Shown here in pieces: positions 18,719 through 28,138 of a stretch of DNA of 51,965 nt. The DNA lies in the IMG/VR virus record IMGVR_UViG_3300032227_001252. One strand, 5' to 3'. The first letter of the stretch is position 1. Every line of letters starts with the position of its first letter. The stretch comes from an uncultured virus (IMG/VR IMGVR_UViG_3300032227_001252). Its lineage: Duplodnaviria > Heunggongvirae > Uroviricota > Caudoviricetes. The position numbers were made by a program, and so were the translations under genes. Under the pieces are notes generated by a model. It had not been told where the DNA came from. It saw only the letters and a program-made list of their open reading frames with translations, and searched no databases.

Positions 18719-19185
18719 TCAACCTCATCAACAGCATCATCAAGCGCGTTGTTGACCGCATCTACACGGCCTTCACCGAGATGGACAAGCAGAAGGAGAT
18801 CGTCGACGAGGCCGCGCAGCGCCTCGCGGACAGCATCTCCGAGAAGGAAGTTGTCCGCCAGATCGCTGACCGCATCGGCGCCTGCGCAGTCGCTGAGGAG
18901 ATGTGCCTCGAGGAGGTCGCAGGGAACCTCGATCTTCAGGAGATCGCGGGCAACATCGACATGTGGGACGTCGTGAACAACCTCGACATGGACGAAGTGG
19001 CTCGGCACATCGACATGCACGACCTCGCGGAGCGGGTCGCGGCTCTGATGCCGCAACAGGAAGTTTCTCCGGCACCTGCCGAGGTTCCGGTGTCCGATCC
19101 GAGCCTGATCGAGCGTCTGCTCGAGAAGGCCGTCGAGAAGCTGCTTGAACGAGCCGAGGAAGCAGCCCGCAACGGGGAGGTGTGA
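18715..19185 (+). CDS. protein with 9-residue tandem helical repeats
   Basis: LEEVAGNLD/LQEIAGNID/MWDVVNNLD/MDEVARHID. Confidence 0.8.
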   Translation: MINLINSIIKRVVDRIYTAFTEMDKQKEIVDEAAQRLADSISEKEVVRQIADRIGACAVAEEMCLEEVAGNLDLQEIAGNIDMWDVVNNLDMDEVARHIDMHDLAERVAALMPQQEVSPAPAEVPVSDPSLIERLLEKAVEKLLERAEEAARNGEV

Positions 19186-19186
19186 G

Positions 19187-19831
19187 TTGGGGTGTGACAT
19201 CCACGTCTACATGGAGCGGAAGCACAAGGGGGTCTGGGTCGCGGTGAACCCGGAGCCTGCGCCGGAGGGCGTGAAGCACGACTACTCCATCCACCACTGG
19301 GGTCGCTACGTGCAGACGGACATGATGGAGGAGTTGGCGATGGCTCTGGAGGAGCCAGAGGATCAGGTGCCACGCCGGGCACAGGAATGGCACTTCGGTC
19401 GACACTACGACGCCTTCGCTCAACTCGCCGGAGTGCGAGGTGACGAAGGGATGATGCAGTACCCCTCCGGCATTCCGGCCGACGCCTCCATCCAGGTGTG
19501 GCGAGAGGCAATGATGATGGTGGTGCCGGACGTCGCGGAACAGGACGAGAACCTGTCCGACGACATCGGCTACATCGCCGACAAGGTGGCCGTGGCGCGA
19601 GGGTACCGGCGATCGACGAGGGACGGCGCCGAGTGGGTGATGTACGCTGACTGGCACACCCCATCAGCGTACACGCTCGCGGGATTGAAGCGGTGCATCG
19701 AGTCCAACGAGGACGACGAGCTTCCCGTCGAGGGGCGCGTCCGTGACCTGCTCCGCGCCATGGAGAAGGTCGCATCTGACTTCTCGCTGGGCGGCGAGGA
19801 CGTCAGGACAGTCTTCTGGTTCGACAACTGA
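19187..19831 (+). CDS. conserved phage protein (MGCDIH...LAGVR...VFWFDN)
   Basis: TTG start after GGAGG; recurrent family motifs. Confidence 0.85.
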   Translation: MGCDIHVYMERKHKGVWVAVNPEPAPEGVKHDYSIHHWGRYVQTDMMEELAMALEEPEDQVPRRAQEWHFGRHYDAFAQLAGVRGDEGMMQYPSGIPADASIQVWREAMMMVVPDVAEQDENLSDDIGYIADKVAVARGYRRSTRDGAEWVMYADWHTPSAYTLAGLKRCIESNEDDELPVEGRVRDLLRAMEKVASDFSLGGEDVRTVFWFDN

Positions 19832-19854
19832 AACCCAACACACCGAGGACGAGC

Positions 19855-20379
19855 ATGGGACAATACTACGTCATCGCGAACCTCGACAAACGAGAGTTCG
19901 TCAACCCCTACGCCTTCGGGTCCGGGGTCAAGCTCATGGAGTTCGCCGGAGACGGTCAGAGCGTCATGATGGGCGTCGCGGTTCTGCTGGCGAGCAGCAA
20001 CGGACAGGGCGGAGGTGACCTGCACCTTCCCGCCGAGAGCACCTACGAGGGCATCCCAGGGCGATGGGCTGGGAACCGCATCGTGGTGGCTGGGGACTAC
20101 GACGACAACCCCGAGAGCCCCGGCTACAAGGTCTACGAGAGGTGCGGCGATGTCTCCCCGCTGGAGGAGCTCGCAGGCACGGTCGACGACAACCTGATGA
20201 GCTTCCGAGACATCTCCTACGAGGTGCTGGGGTGCCTGCTGGAAGACCACCACTTCAGAGAAGGCTACCTGTCTGTCGCTTCGAGCAACAGCACATGGGC
20301 CGCGTACATCAAGAAGAAGCGTCGGGAGGCATGGGTTCTGGCCCGCCCGACGGAACAGGTGCCTGAATCTCTCGTCTGA
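19855..20379 (+). CDS. conserved phage protein (MGQYY..NLDK...KLME...GRWAG.RIV..GDY)
   Basis: Recurrent family motifs; internal SPLEELA. Confidence 0.85.
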   Translation: MGQYYVIANLDKREFVNPYAFGSGVKLMEFAGDGQSVMMGVAVLLASSNGQGGGDLHLPAESTYEGIPGRWAGNRIVVAGDYDDNPESPGYKVYERCGDVSPLEELAGTVDDNLMSFRDISYEVLGCLLEDHHFREGYLSVASSNSTWAAYIKKKRREAWVLARPTEQVPESLV

Positions 20380-20425
20380 TCGTCAACGTCTGCTTCATCA
20401 ATCACGCACTCACCAGGGGTAACAA

Positions 20426-21571
20426 ATGACCTTCGACAGCATCACCACGACCCTCTTCGAGATGTGGATCACCGGCGTGGCCGGCAACAGCCTCCAGACT
20501 GTCTGCCTTCTCGGTGCTCCCGGCATCGGCAAGACGTCGGCCGCTCGTGAACTCGCGCAGATGATGACCGAGCACCGCCGCAAGTCCGACCCGGGTGCCA
20601 AGCCCGCGGTCGCTCGGGTGCTGGACCTCTCCTCCATGCTCCCCGAGGACCTCATGGGCCTCCCCTACGGGCAGGATGGCGCGGAGGGTCGGGTGACCAA
20701 GTACGCCCCGCAGGAGTGGCTGGCGGACGTGTGCTCTCCCGATGCCTACGGTGTGCTGGTCTTCGATGACCTGCCCGCCGCGAGCACGGCCATCCAGGTC
20801 GCCAGTCGTCAGGCCTCTCTCGAGCGTCGCATCCACGACCACCGCATCGCTCCGGGCGTGATGATCATCGTCACCGGCAACCGCCGTGAGGACAAGTCGG
20901 CTGCGAGCACTCTCCCGGCGCACTTCCGCAACTCGGTCATGATCCTGACCGTCGAGCCCGACTTCAAGCGCTGGGAGACTTGGTACCACGATCAGGGCTA
21001 CGATGCGCTGGTCACCCAGTTCCTCACCTACCGGAGCGCGCACTTCAGCCGACTCCCGGCTGACGCTGACGTCCATGGCGCCTTCGCCACGCCGCGCACT
21101 TGGGCGATGCTGGGCCGCCTCGTCGAGACGGGTCGCAAGACCGGCTCCCTCCGAGACATGGCCGCTGGCCTGATCGGTGAGGGCGTCGCGACGGAGCTCA
21201 TGGCGTTCGAGCTGGTGCGGTCGCAGCTCGTGTCTCCGGACAAGGTGCTTGCGGATCCCGAGTCCGCGCTGCCCAACCCGAAGGCCGCGCTGAACTCGCC
21301 GGACAAGATGATCGCCATGGTCACGGGGCTGGCCGACGCTGCCATCCACAAGGCCACCCAGAAGACGGGAGCGAAGGCGTACGAGGAGTACCTCAAGGCG
21401 CTCGCCTACGTCACGGACGCCGGCGGTCGAGAGTACGTGGCGACCTCGATCACCACGTTCATCGCGCACCGCGGGAACTTCCGCAAGCTCAAGGACGCCG
21501 TCAACGTCGTCAAGTCCGACCCCAAGGTCAAGGGAATGCTCACCGCCCTTGCCGCCTGCTTCAAGGAGTAG
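20426..21571 (+). CDS. MoxR-like AAA+ ATPase
   Basis: Walker A GAPGIGKT, Walker B LVFDD, sensor TGNR, ATPRTW. Confidence 0.9.
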   Translation: MTFDSITTTLFEMWITGVAGNSLQTVCLLGAPGIGKTSAARELAQMMTEHRRKSDPGAKPAVARVLDLSSMLPEDLMGLPYGQDGAEGRVTKYAPQEWLADVCSPDAYGVLVFDDLPAASTAIQVASRQASLERRIHDHRIAPGVMIIVTGNRREDKSAASTLPAHFRNSVMILTVEPDFKRWETWYHDQGYDALVTQFLTYRSAHFSRLPADADVHGAFATPRTWAMLGRLVETGRKTGSLRDMAAGLIGEGVATELMAFELVRSQLVSPDKVLADPESALPNPKAALNSPDKMIAMVTGLADAAIHKATQKTGAKAYEEYLKALAYVTDAGGREYVATSITTFIAHRGNFRKLKDAVNVVKSDPKVKGMLTALAACFKE

Positions 21572-21575
21572 ACAC

Positions 21576-22817
21576 ATGGATCAACTCGATCGCATCAAGG
21601 ACGCTCGCGTCTGGCTGTCGGCCCGCGTCCCGTTCCTCGGCTACCTGTCCCTCCGCCTCCGGCCACGCCTGGCTAACCCCCAGGACGGTGTGCCGACGGC
21701 GGGGGTCGCCCCCGACGGCACGCTCGTGGTGAACCCCGAGTTCGTGGCGACCTTGACTGACCCGCAGGTTCGTGGACTCCTCGCCCACGAGATCCTGCAC
21801 CCGGCGTTGGAGTTCTGGCTCCGCAAGGGGACTCGGGATCAGTTCGGCTTCAACATCGCACACGACTACGCCATCAACCTCATCATCAAGGACTTCGCGG
21901 CGCAGGTCGGAGCGGGCCTCGAGCTCCCGCCCAAGGGCCTGATCGACGAGAAGTACCGCGACATGACCGCCGAGGAGATCTACTCCAAGCTCCCGCGGAA
22001 GCGCCCGAAGGGAGGCCACAGCGGGGACGGCGGCAGCAGCGGCGGTCGCGGCTCGGAGTTCGGCGATGACAAGGACGGGCATGGAGACTGTCGCGGCGAC
22101 CTTGCCGAGACGGAGCAGGGCCGTGACGCGGCCAGGGGAGATGGAGCGGCGCAGCGTGAACTGGAGAAGACTTGGCGCATCGCGGTAGAGGCCGCTGCGC
22201 AGAGCCACGAGCAGCAGTCTCGCGGCTCGCTTCCCGGCTCCATCCAGAAGATCGTTGACGACATCCGCGATCCCAAGGTGTCGTGGCAGGTCGTCCTCGG
22301 TCAGTGGATTGGCGAGAACGCAGGCAAGGACGATCCCACCTACATGCGGCCCTCCCGCCGCAGTGAGTCGGCGGGTGCGATCCTGGCCGGGGTTCGCAAG
22401 TCCGGCCTTCCCGACGTCACCATCCTCTGGGACACGTCCGGCAGCATGAACGGCACCGCCGCAGAGATCCTCTCGGAGGTGTCCTCGATCGTGGACGAGT
22501 TGGGGTTGAGCATTCGGCTCATCTCCTGCGACTGTGCCATCCACGCTGACGTGGAGGGCATCGACACCACGGAGAAGGTTATCCCCAACGTCAAGGGCGG
22601 GGGTGGCTCCGACTTCAACCCGGCGTTCGACCGGCTTCGTACCGAAGGCAACACCTCGGTCGTGGTCGCGTTCACCGATGGCTACATCGGAGTCCCCAGC
22701 ATGCAGCCCGAGACGCTCAAGGGCGTGCTCTGGGTTGTGACCCAGCACGGCGTTCGCCCTGCGCCGTGGGGTCAGGCGATCAAACTCGACAAGGACGGCT
22801 ACGCGGAGGACGTATGA
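21576..22817 (+). CDS. DUF2201-type metallopeptidase-like plus VWA domain protein
   Basis: LAHEILH (HExxH); MIDAS DTSGS; GGGGSDF; FTDGY; adjacent to the AAA+ gene. Confidence 0.9.
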   Translation: MDQLDRIKDARVWLSARVPFLGYLSLRLRPRLANPQDGVPTAGVAPDGTLVVNPEFVATLTDPQVRGLLAHEILHPALEFWLRKGTRDQFGFNIAHDYAINLIIKDFAAQVGAGLELPPKGLIDEKYRDMTAEEIYSKLPRKRPKGGHSGDGGSSGGRGSEFGDDKDGHGDCRGDLAETEQGRDAARGDGAAQRELEKTWRIAVEAAAQSHEQQSRGSLPGSIQKIVDDIRDPKVSWQVVLGQWIGENAGKDDPTYMRPSRRSESAGAILAGVRKSGLPDVTILWDTSGSMNGTAAEILSEVSSIVDELGLSIRLISCDCAIHADVEGIDTTEKVIPNVKGGGGSDFNPAFDRLRTEGNTSVVVAFTDGYIGVPSMQPETLKGVLWVVTQHGVRPAPWGQAIKLDKDGYAEDV

Positions 22818-23593
22818 GCATCGAGAACCTGCCTCTGTCCGCAGGCGGCAAGCTGCGGATCCGGAACATGACGCACTACAACACCGAGGACATCGTCGCC
22901 CTCGTCAATGCGGTAGAGAAGCAGCGCTCTGCCGCGAAGTTCGTGTGGGCCTACCATGTCGAACGCTCCTCCGTGGAGGGTGTCGAGAAGGTGCTCGAAC
23001 TGCGAGAGTTCACGGGGAAGCCGCGGCAGGTGAGGAAGAGCACTGGGGGGCCGACGATGGTTCGGCTCCTTGCGCCGGCCCGCTGGCGGCGGCCGCTGAC
23101 CATGCGCTTGGTGCCGCCGGACAAGATCTACGACAGCCCGCTCCAGTCGCTCTCGCAGGCGGTGAATGAAGAGGCTCCGATGCTGCCGGAGCACATGGTG
23201 GAGGAACTCGCCTACGCAGTAGCGAGTCTGTTCCGCTCCATGTCTTACGCCGACAACGAGAGAGACCTGAACGTCCGCGGCCTGAAGGTCCGCATCGAGA
23301 CGAAGCGGATCAAGGGCAACAAGAAGCACGCCGCCCTGGCCCGGAAGCGGGAGCTGCTGCACACGGCCCACCTGCAAGTCCTCTACAGGGGAGGCAACGC
23401 AGCCAAGGGCATCCAGATCGCCTACGAGTCCGCCCTGACGATGCTCGCGAACGCCAAGGCGCTCGGGATGGACATGTCCAAGGTGCAAGCCATGGTCGAC
23501 AGTCTGCAGCAGGCTGCCATCCTCCTGCATCCACTCGAAGAACGCTCAACTGAAATCGCCAAGGAGGCACAGATGATGGTCGACGCGTGCTGA
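22814..23593 (+). CDS. NxTRYNTED paralogue family member 1
   Basis: RNMTHYNTEDIVALVNAVE; LVPPDKIYDSPL; VRIETKR. Confidence 0.8.
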   Translation: MSIENLPLSAGGKLRIRNMTHYNTEDIVALVNAVEKQRSAAKFVWAYHVERSSVEGVEKVLELREFTGKPRQVRKSTGGPTMVRLLAPARWRRPLTMRLVPPDKIYDSPLQSLSQAVNEEAPMLPEHMVEELAYAVASLFRSMSYADNERDLNVRGLKVRIETKRIKGNKKHAALARKRELLHTAHLQVLYRGGNAAKGIQIAYESALTMLANAKALGMDMSKVQAMVDSLQQAAILLHPLEERSTEIAKEAQMMVDAC

Positions 23594-24348
23594 CGAACTC
23601 GGGGCTGTGGCGTATCGAGAACCAGACCCGCTACAACACAGAAGATCTCGTCGCGATCTTCAACGCAGTCGAGAAGCACCTCGTTGAAGTCGCCGGAGTT
23701 CAGCAACTCAGGGCCACCTGCACTGCCGTGCCGGGAGTAATCCGCTTTCGGGACTACTCTCCGGCCTCCCGGTCTCGAACAGTGTCGCGGTGGGTCGAGG
23801 GCGGGTTCGAACGCGTGGAGGAGGTGTGCTACATCCGACCTGCCACATGGGGGTGCTCCAGCGAGCGCGTGGTCGGGTTGATGGTGCCTTCGATGCTGCA
23901 CAGTTCTCCGCTTGAGGCCCTCGCCTCGGCGGTGGAGGGCGGCGCGGAGACGGCCCCGGTTGAGTTCAGCAAGGATGTCCTCCGGGAGCTGGTGCGCTTC
24001 TGCTACGGAGATTTCGGAGACTCGTGGCAGCAGGTGGGCAAGATGGAGGTTGGCCGCGTGCGGGTGATGCGGCGACGAGAGAGCCGCAAGGTCTCCATGC
24101 CTGTGAAGGCTCTCGTGCTGCGAGATGCTTTGTCCAGCGTGGGGGGCACGCTTCTCGAGATCCAGCAGGTGGTGCAAGGTCTGACATGCCTTGAGGCTCG
24201 ACACACCATTCACGCCACGGCGCTGGAGTCTGTTGGAGAGTCGATCGGGTTCGACAAAGAGGACCTGATACGACTCCGAGAGCACGCGCAGCAAGTTCTC
24301 GACGCTGTGAGAGACTCCTACACCAAACTGACGAGGGCGCAGACATGA
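23587..24348 (+). CDS. NxTRYNTED paralogue family member 2
   Basis: ENQTRYNTEDLVAIFNAVE; FRDYS; SSPLEALA. Confidence 0.8.
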   Translation: MLTNSGLWRIENQTRYNTEDLVAIFNAVEKHLVEVAGVQQLRATCTAVPGVIRFRDYSPASRSRTVSRWVEGGFERVEEVCYIRPATWGCSSERVVGLMVPSMLHSSPLEALASAVEGGAETAPVEFSKDVLRELVRFCYGDFGDSWQQVGKMEVGRVRVMRRRESRKVSMPVKALVLRDALSSVGGTLLEIQQVVQGLTCLEARHTIHATALESVGESIGFDKEDLIRLREHAQQVLDAVRDSYTKLTRAQT

Positions 24349-25166
24349 GGTACGAGCCGCACACTGTGATGAATGTCGGTGACCTGACTGTCGAGATCCA
24401 CCAGGACATGGACCCGATCTCCCCGTCGGAGCACTACGACGGAGACATGTTCTTGGCCGGGTGGGCCCGCGACTTCTCGGTCAAGTCAGCAGGGTTTGAC
24501 TGTCTCGCGGACTTCCACGAGTTCATCCACCCGCACCACCTCGACGAGTACGACTATCCGGTCTACATCCGAGACTCGTCAAAGCCCACCGTCAAGCCCG
24601 AGCGCTTCGACGAAGTGTGGGTCTCGGTCTACAAGGACAACGCCCCTGACCTCGAGCAGCTCCTGCTCGAGTCCGGGGAGGAGATAGACTACGCCAACCC
24701 CGAAGCGGAGGCGGCAGCAGAGAGCGACCTGCAGGCGCGCTGCGAGGTGTGGAATGAGTGGGAGCGATACAAGAACGCCCACGCCGAGTACGCCTGCTTC
24801 ACCGTGGTCGTGAACAACTACGGTGGAGGCACCATTCGACTCTTCCTCGGCGACGTGTGGGACGGGGGATGGGATCGTCGGGAGCCAGAGGCGATGATCC
24901 GCATCCGCCGCTCCGCGGGGTGGCGGGAAGACCTCAAGGCGCTCGCCGAGTCGATCATCAACGAGTGGAACATGTACCTGGAAGGGGACGTGTGGGGCTA
25001 CGTCGTCAAGGACGAGAACGACAACGAGCTCGACTCGTGCTGGGGCTTCTACGGGTTGGACACCTGCGAGGACGAGGGTCGCAGCGTCGCTGTCGCCCTC
25101 GACAAGACACGAGTCAAGCAGATGCAGTTGCCCTTCGGGCAGCCGAGCGAGGAGGCGCATGGGTGA
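24345..25166 (+). CDS. conserved phage protein (YL.GDVWGY...DSCWGFYG)
   Basis: Recurrent family C-terminal motif; ends with QMQLPF. Confidence 0.8.
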   Translation: MRYEPHTVMNVGDLTVEIHQDMDPISPSEHYDGDMFLAGWARDFSVKSAGFDCLADFHEFIHPHHLDEYDYPVYIRDSSKPTVKPERFDEVWVSVYKDNAPDLEQLLLESGEEIDYANPEAEAAAESDLQARCEVWNEWERYKNAHAEYACFTVVVNNYGGGTIRLFLGDVWDGGWDRREPEAMIRIRRSAGWREDLKALAESIINEWNMYLEGDVWGYVVKDENDNELDSCWGFYGLDTCEDEGRSVAVALDKTRVKQMQLPFGQPSEEAHG

Positions 25167-25650
25167 CAGGACTGTGGTGCGGTTTGTCTCCGGCTCTCCT
25201 GAGCTGGAGGCAACCGCCTGTGTCTACGTCCACGGGGGAGGGCCCCCGAGCGAGATGCAGTTTCTCTTCAGCGACTTCTTCATGAAGATCGAGGAGACGG
25301 CGGCGCTCGATACCCGCTACTCCGACCCTTCCTACCTCGCTGCTCGCTTCGTGTCCTTCGTGGCCATGTACTCCTACGACGACGATGATGGCGAGCAGTT
25401 CGGTCTGGACTTCACGGGAGTGGGCATCCTGCCGGACGATCCGATGAAGGCCGCAGAGCAAGGACACTGGCTCTACACGGTCATCTGCAACGGGTCGAAG
25501 ACAGTGGTGCGGACTGCCATCAAGAAGCGTCCGGAAGTCGTGTTCCACGACGTCATGCTCATGCGCGACGACGACGACCCCAGCAAGAACGAGGTCGTGT
25601 GGCAGCGGCACGTCCCCATGAGCGAAGCATCCGACAACTACACGGAGTGA
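25159..25650 (+). CDS. conserved phage protein (MGDR...Y.H..G.P...D.SYLAARF)
   Basis: Family-like motifs, GGAGG RBS. Confidence 0.75.
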   Translation: MGDRTVVRFVSGSPELEATACVYVHGGGPPSEMQFLFSDFFMKIEETAALDTRYSDPSYLAARFVSFVAMYSYDDDDGEQFGLDFTGVGILPDDPMKAAEQGHWLYTVICNGSKTVVRTAIKKRPEVVFHDVMLMRDDDDPSKNEVVWQRHVPMSEASDNYTE

Positions 25651-25654
25651 ACCA

Positions 25655-26467
25655 ATGAGCAACCTCTACTCGACGTCTGGCGTGCACATCGTGAACTACA
25701 CTCGATACAACACCGAGGATCTCCTCGCCCTGGTGAACGCGGTCGAGGAGGGCCTCAAGCAGCAGGGGTGCCGTGAGGCGGGGTTCGCGTGGACGGGCGG
25801 CAATCAGCCCCAGATCGTCTTCCGCGACTACAGCACCAAGATCATGTGGGTGCGTCAGAGCCGCTACGACGAAGCCGCCAACAAGTACGTCAGCAGCCAG
25901 GTGCGCAACTACGTGGAGACCAGCTCCTCGTGGAACCGCATCGGAGGTGAGTTGGCTGTCGTGCCTCCGGGCAAGATCCACGAGGATCCCTTGGAGGCTC
26001 TCACGGCGATGTCGGGTGACGGCGCCCAGCGCATCCCCGCAGCGATGCTGGGCGACTTGTGGCGAGGACTGATCCAGTTCTACCCGGTGGCTCGCGAGAC
26101 TCAGGTGAGCCCTTCTTACCCCAACCACAGTGGCACCTCGGCAGGAGAGGTGCTCGCGAAGAAGGTGCCCTCTCGAATGGGCGTTCGCATCGAGGACAGG
26201 CGCGGCGAGAAGCGCCCGGCGTCCGACCGGAACGCCAAGAGCCGCAACAACTGTCGCCAGCGCCTGACCTCGGCGACCTACTACGCCAAGCGAGCCAAGG
26301 ACGATGCGGAGCGTGCTTCTCGGGACATCGCTATTGCGGAGCGTCACGCCGCCAAGATGGGACATTCGCTGGAGATCGACATGAAGGAGCTTGAGGACGC
26401 GATGAGCATCATCGACTTCTACGTCTCCAGCATCCGCACCAAGATCAACGACCTGCCCTCCCGCTAG
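25655..26467 (+). CDS. NxTRYNTED paralogue family member 3
   Basis: VNYTRYNTEDLLALVNAVE; FRDYS; VVPPGKIHEDPLEALT; VRIEDRR. Confidence 0.8.
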   Translation: MSNLYSTSGVHIVNYTRYNTEDLLALVNAVEEGLKQQGCREAGFAWTGGNQPQIVFRDYSTKIMWVRQSRYDEAANKYVSSQVRNYVETSSSWNRIGGELAVVPPGKIHEDPLEALTAMSGDGAQRIPAAMLGDLWRGLIQFYPVARETQVSPSYPNHSGTSAGEVLAKKVPSRMGVRIEDRRGEKRPASDRNAKSRNNCRQRLTSATYYAKRAKDDAERASRDIAIAERHAAKMGHSLEIDMKELEDAMSIIDFYVSSIRTKINDLPSR

Positions 26468-26478
26468 AGGGAGGTTTC

Positions 26479-26943
26479 ATGAACACCAAGGAGGACGACA
26501 TGGACGACACGAACGAGGACGTGGCCCAGACGATTCGACGTGAGTTCGACACCTTCCGGGAGTTCAACCCCTACCCGAAGGCGATCAAGACGACAGAGCA
26601 GCGAATGGCGATGGCTCGAGTCGCAGTCATCCTCGCGTCCTTCCGCAATCGCATCGGTGACATCGGAGCAGAGGCTGACTTCGACCTCTACGCGGACATC
26701 TCCTCGGACCATGACGACACGTCCATCCCTCTCTACCTCCACCTCGCCAAGCACCCGGACAGGGAGGTGATGATCTGGGCCGAGGAGTTTGCAGCGAAGT
26801 ACCGCTCCAGCCTCACGAGGGAGCCGGACGAGGAGGGAGACTTCGTCCTCTCCACCTGCCGGTCATTCTACGACCCGCTCGGGGTCACGGATCCCGAAGA
26901 CCTCGAAGAACTTCTCGCTGACGACGATGAGGAGTACAACTAA
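26479..26943 (+). CDS. acidic hypothetical protein
   Basis: GGAGG RBS. Confidence 0.7.
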   Translation: MNTKEDDMDDTNEDVAQTIRREFDTFREFNPYPKAIKTTEQRMAMARVAVILASFRNRIGDIGAEADFDLYADISSDHDDTSIPLYLHLAKHPDREVMIWAEEFAAKYRSSLTREPDEEGDFVLSTCRSFYDPLGVTDPEDLEELLADDDEEYN

Positions 26944-27410
26944 TGGGCTACTGCGTAAGCCAGAGTGACGCTCATTTCCTTATCACCCGAGACAACATCC
27001 CCAAGGCGCTCGCAGCCATCAAGGCGATGGTCGACCGCTGTAAGGAAGACGAGGAGGGCGGCGGTCGCCTGTCCTCGTTCCGCTGGGTGGACACCAAGTT
27101 CGCCGAAGCCGACACGCTGGATGAGGCGCTTGACGAGTGGCGATGGGGAGAGGTGGAGTACGACAAGGTCGGCAACCTCTGCTACATCCGGTTCCAGGGC
27201 GAGAAGCTCGGCGACGATGTGAGGCTGTTCGAAGCCTTGGCTCCCTTCGTGGAGCACCGCTCGTACATCGAGATGCTCGGCGAAGATGATACGCGATGGA
27301 GGTGGGTCTTCTGGCGCGGGGAGCTGCGCGAGGAGTACCCCCGCATCATCTGGGAGTACGAGAACATCACCGACGTGCAAGACCTCATGGAGGGGGTGCA
27401 ACTTGAGTAG
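26943..27410 (+). CDS. conserved phage protein (GEK.GDD..LF..LAPFV...SYIE..GED..WRW.F)
   Basis: TAATG overlap; family-like motifs. Confidence 0.8.
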   Translation: MGYCVSQSDAHFLITRDNIPKALAAIKAMVDRCKEDEEGGGRLSSFRWVDTKFAEADTLDEALDEWRWGEVEYDKVGNLCYIRFQGEKLGDDVRLFEALAPFVEHRSYIEMLGEDDTRWRWVFWRGELREEYPRIIWEYENITDVQDLMEGVQLE

Positions 27411-28101
27411 GGCAATCAACAGTTGGCTCTCTGCGCACGATGCCGTGGCGGCGGCCCGCAACAAGCACGAAGGCAAGCCCATCGGCGTGGAGACGCGGGT
27501 GGTGGTGAGCCGCAAGTCTCCGACCCGAGACTGGAAGTCGGAGGAGTGCGTGTTCGCGGTGCGCTACCACAGCACCGAGGTGGTTCGCTACTACCCCAAC
27601 GGGGACGTGGGGATCAACCCCGGTGACTGGACTTCCAAGACCACGAAGGCTCGCATCCGAGACCACGCAAGCGCGTCGCTGTGGTCATCAGACGGGATGG
27701 ACGTCCTGGCTTGGTACCCGATGGGCCGGTTCGCGTCCATCCCCATCGACGTCAGCAAGGAGTACATCATCCAGCGTGACGGGAGACTCCGGCTTCCGGA
27801 CGGCAGCGTGCTGACGCAGGGCACAGTCCGGATCAGGCAGCCGCGGCACGCCTCCCCCAAGCGCAACCTCGTGATGAACCCTGCGGTAGGAGAGGTTCTG
27901 ATCGACCCGAACGGCAAGCACTTCCTCATGGCGCGCCTGCCCGAAGGGAAGACCGGACTCATCGAGTACCTCGGCGACTACGTCTTCGACCGCGACTACG
28001 TCTTCCTGGGCGAAACCGTCCACCATATGACCGAACTCTTCAGCTTGACTCTGGGCGAGTGGACGAGCGGGAGCCGCTTCGTCCGCTCGTTTGACAACTG
28101 A
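27403..28101 (+). CDS. phage protein (VRYHSTEVV...G.W.SKTTK.RI)
   Basis: TTG start after GGAGG; family-like motif. Confidence 0.75.
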   Translation: MSRAINSWLSAHDAVAAARNKHEGKPIGVETRVVVSRKSPTRDWKSEECVFAVRYHSTEVVRYYPNGDVGINPGDWTSKTTKARIRDHASASLWSSDGMDVLAWYPMGRFASIPIDVSKEYIIQRDGRLRLPDGSVLTQGTVRIRQPRHASPKRNLVMNPAVGEVLIDPNGKHFLMARLPEGKTGLIEYLGDYVFDRDYVFLGETVHHMTELFSLTLGEWTSGSRFVRSFDN

Positions 28102-28138
28102 CCAACACGTCGATACGATCACGAACAGGAGAGAGAAC

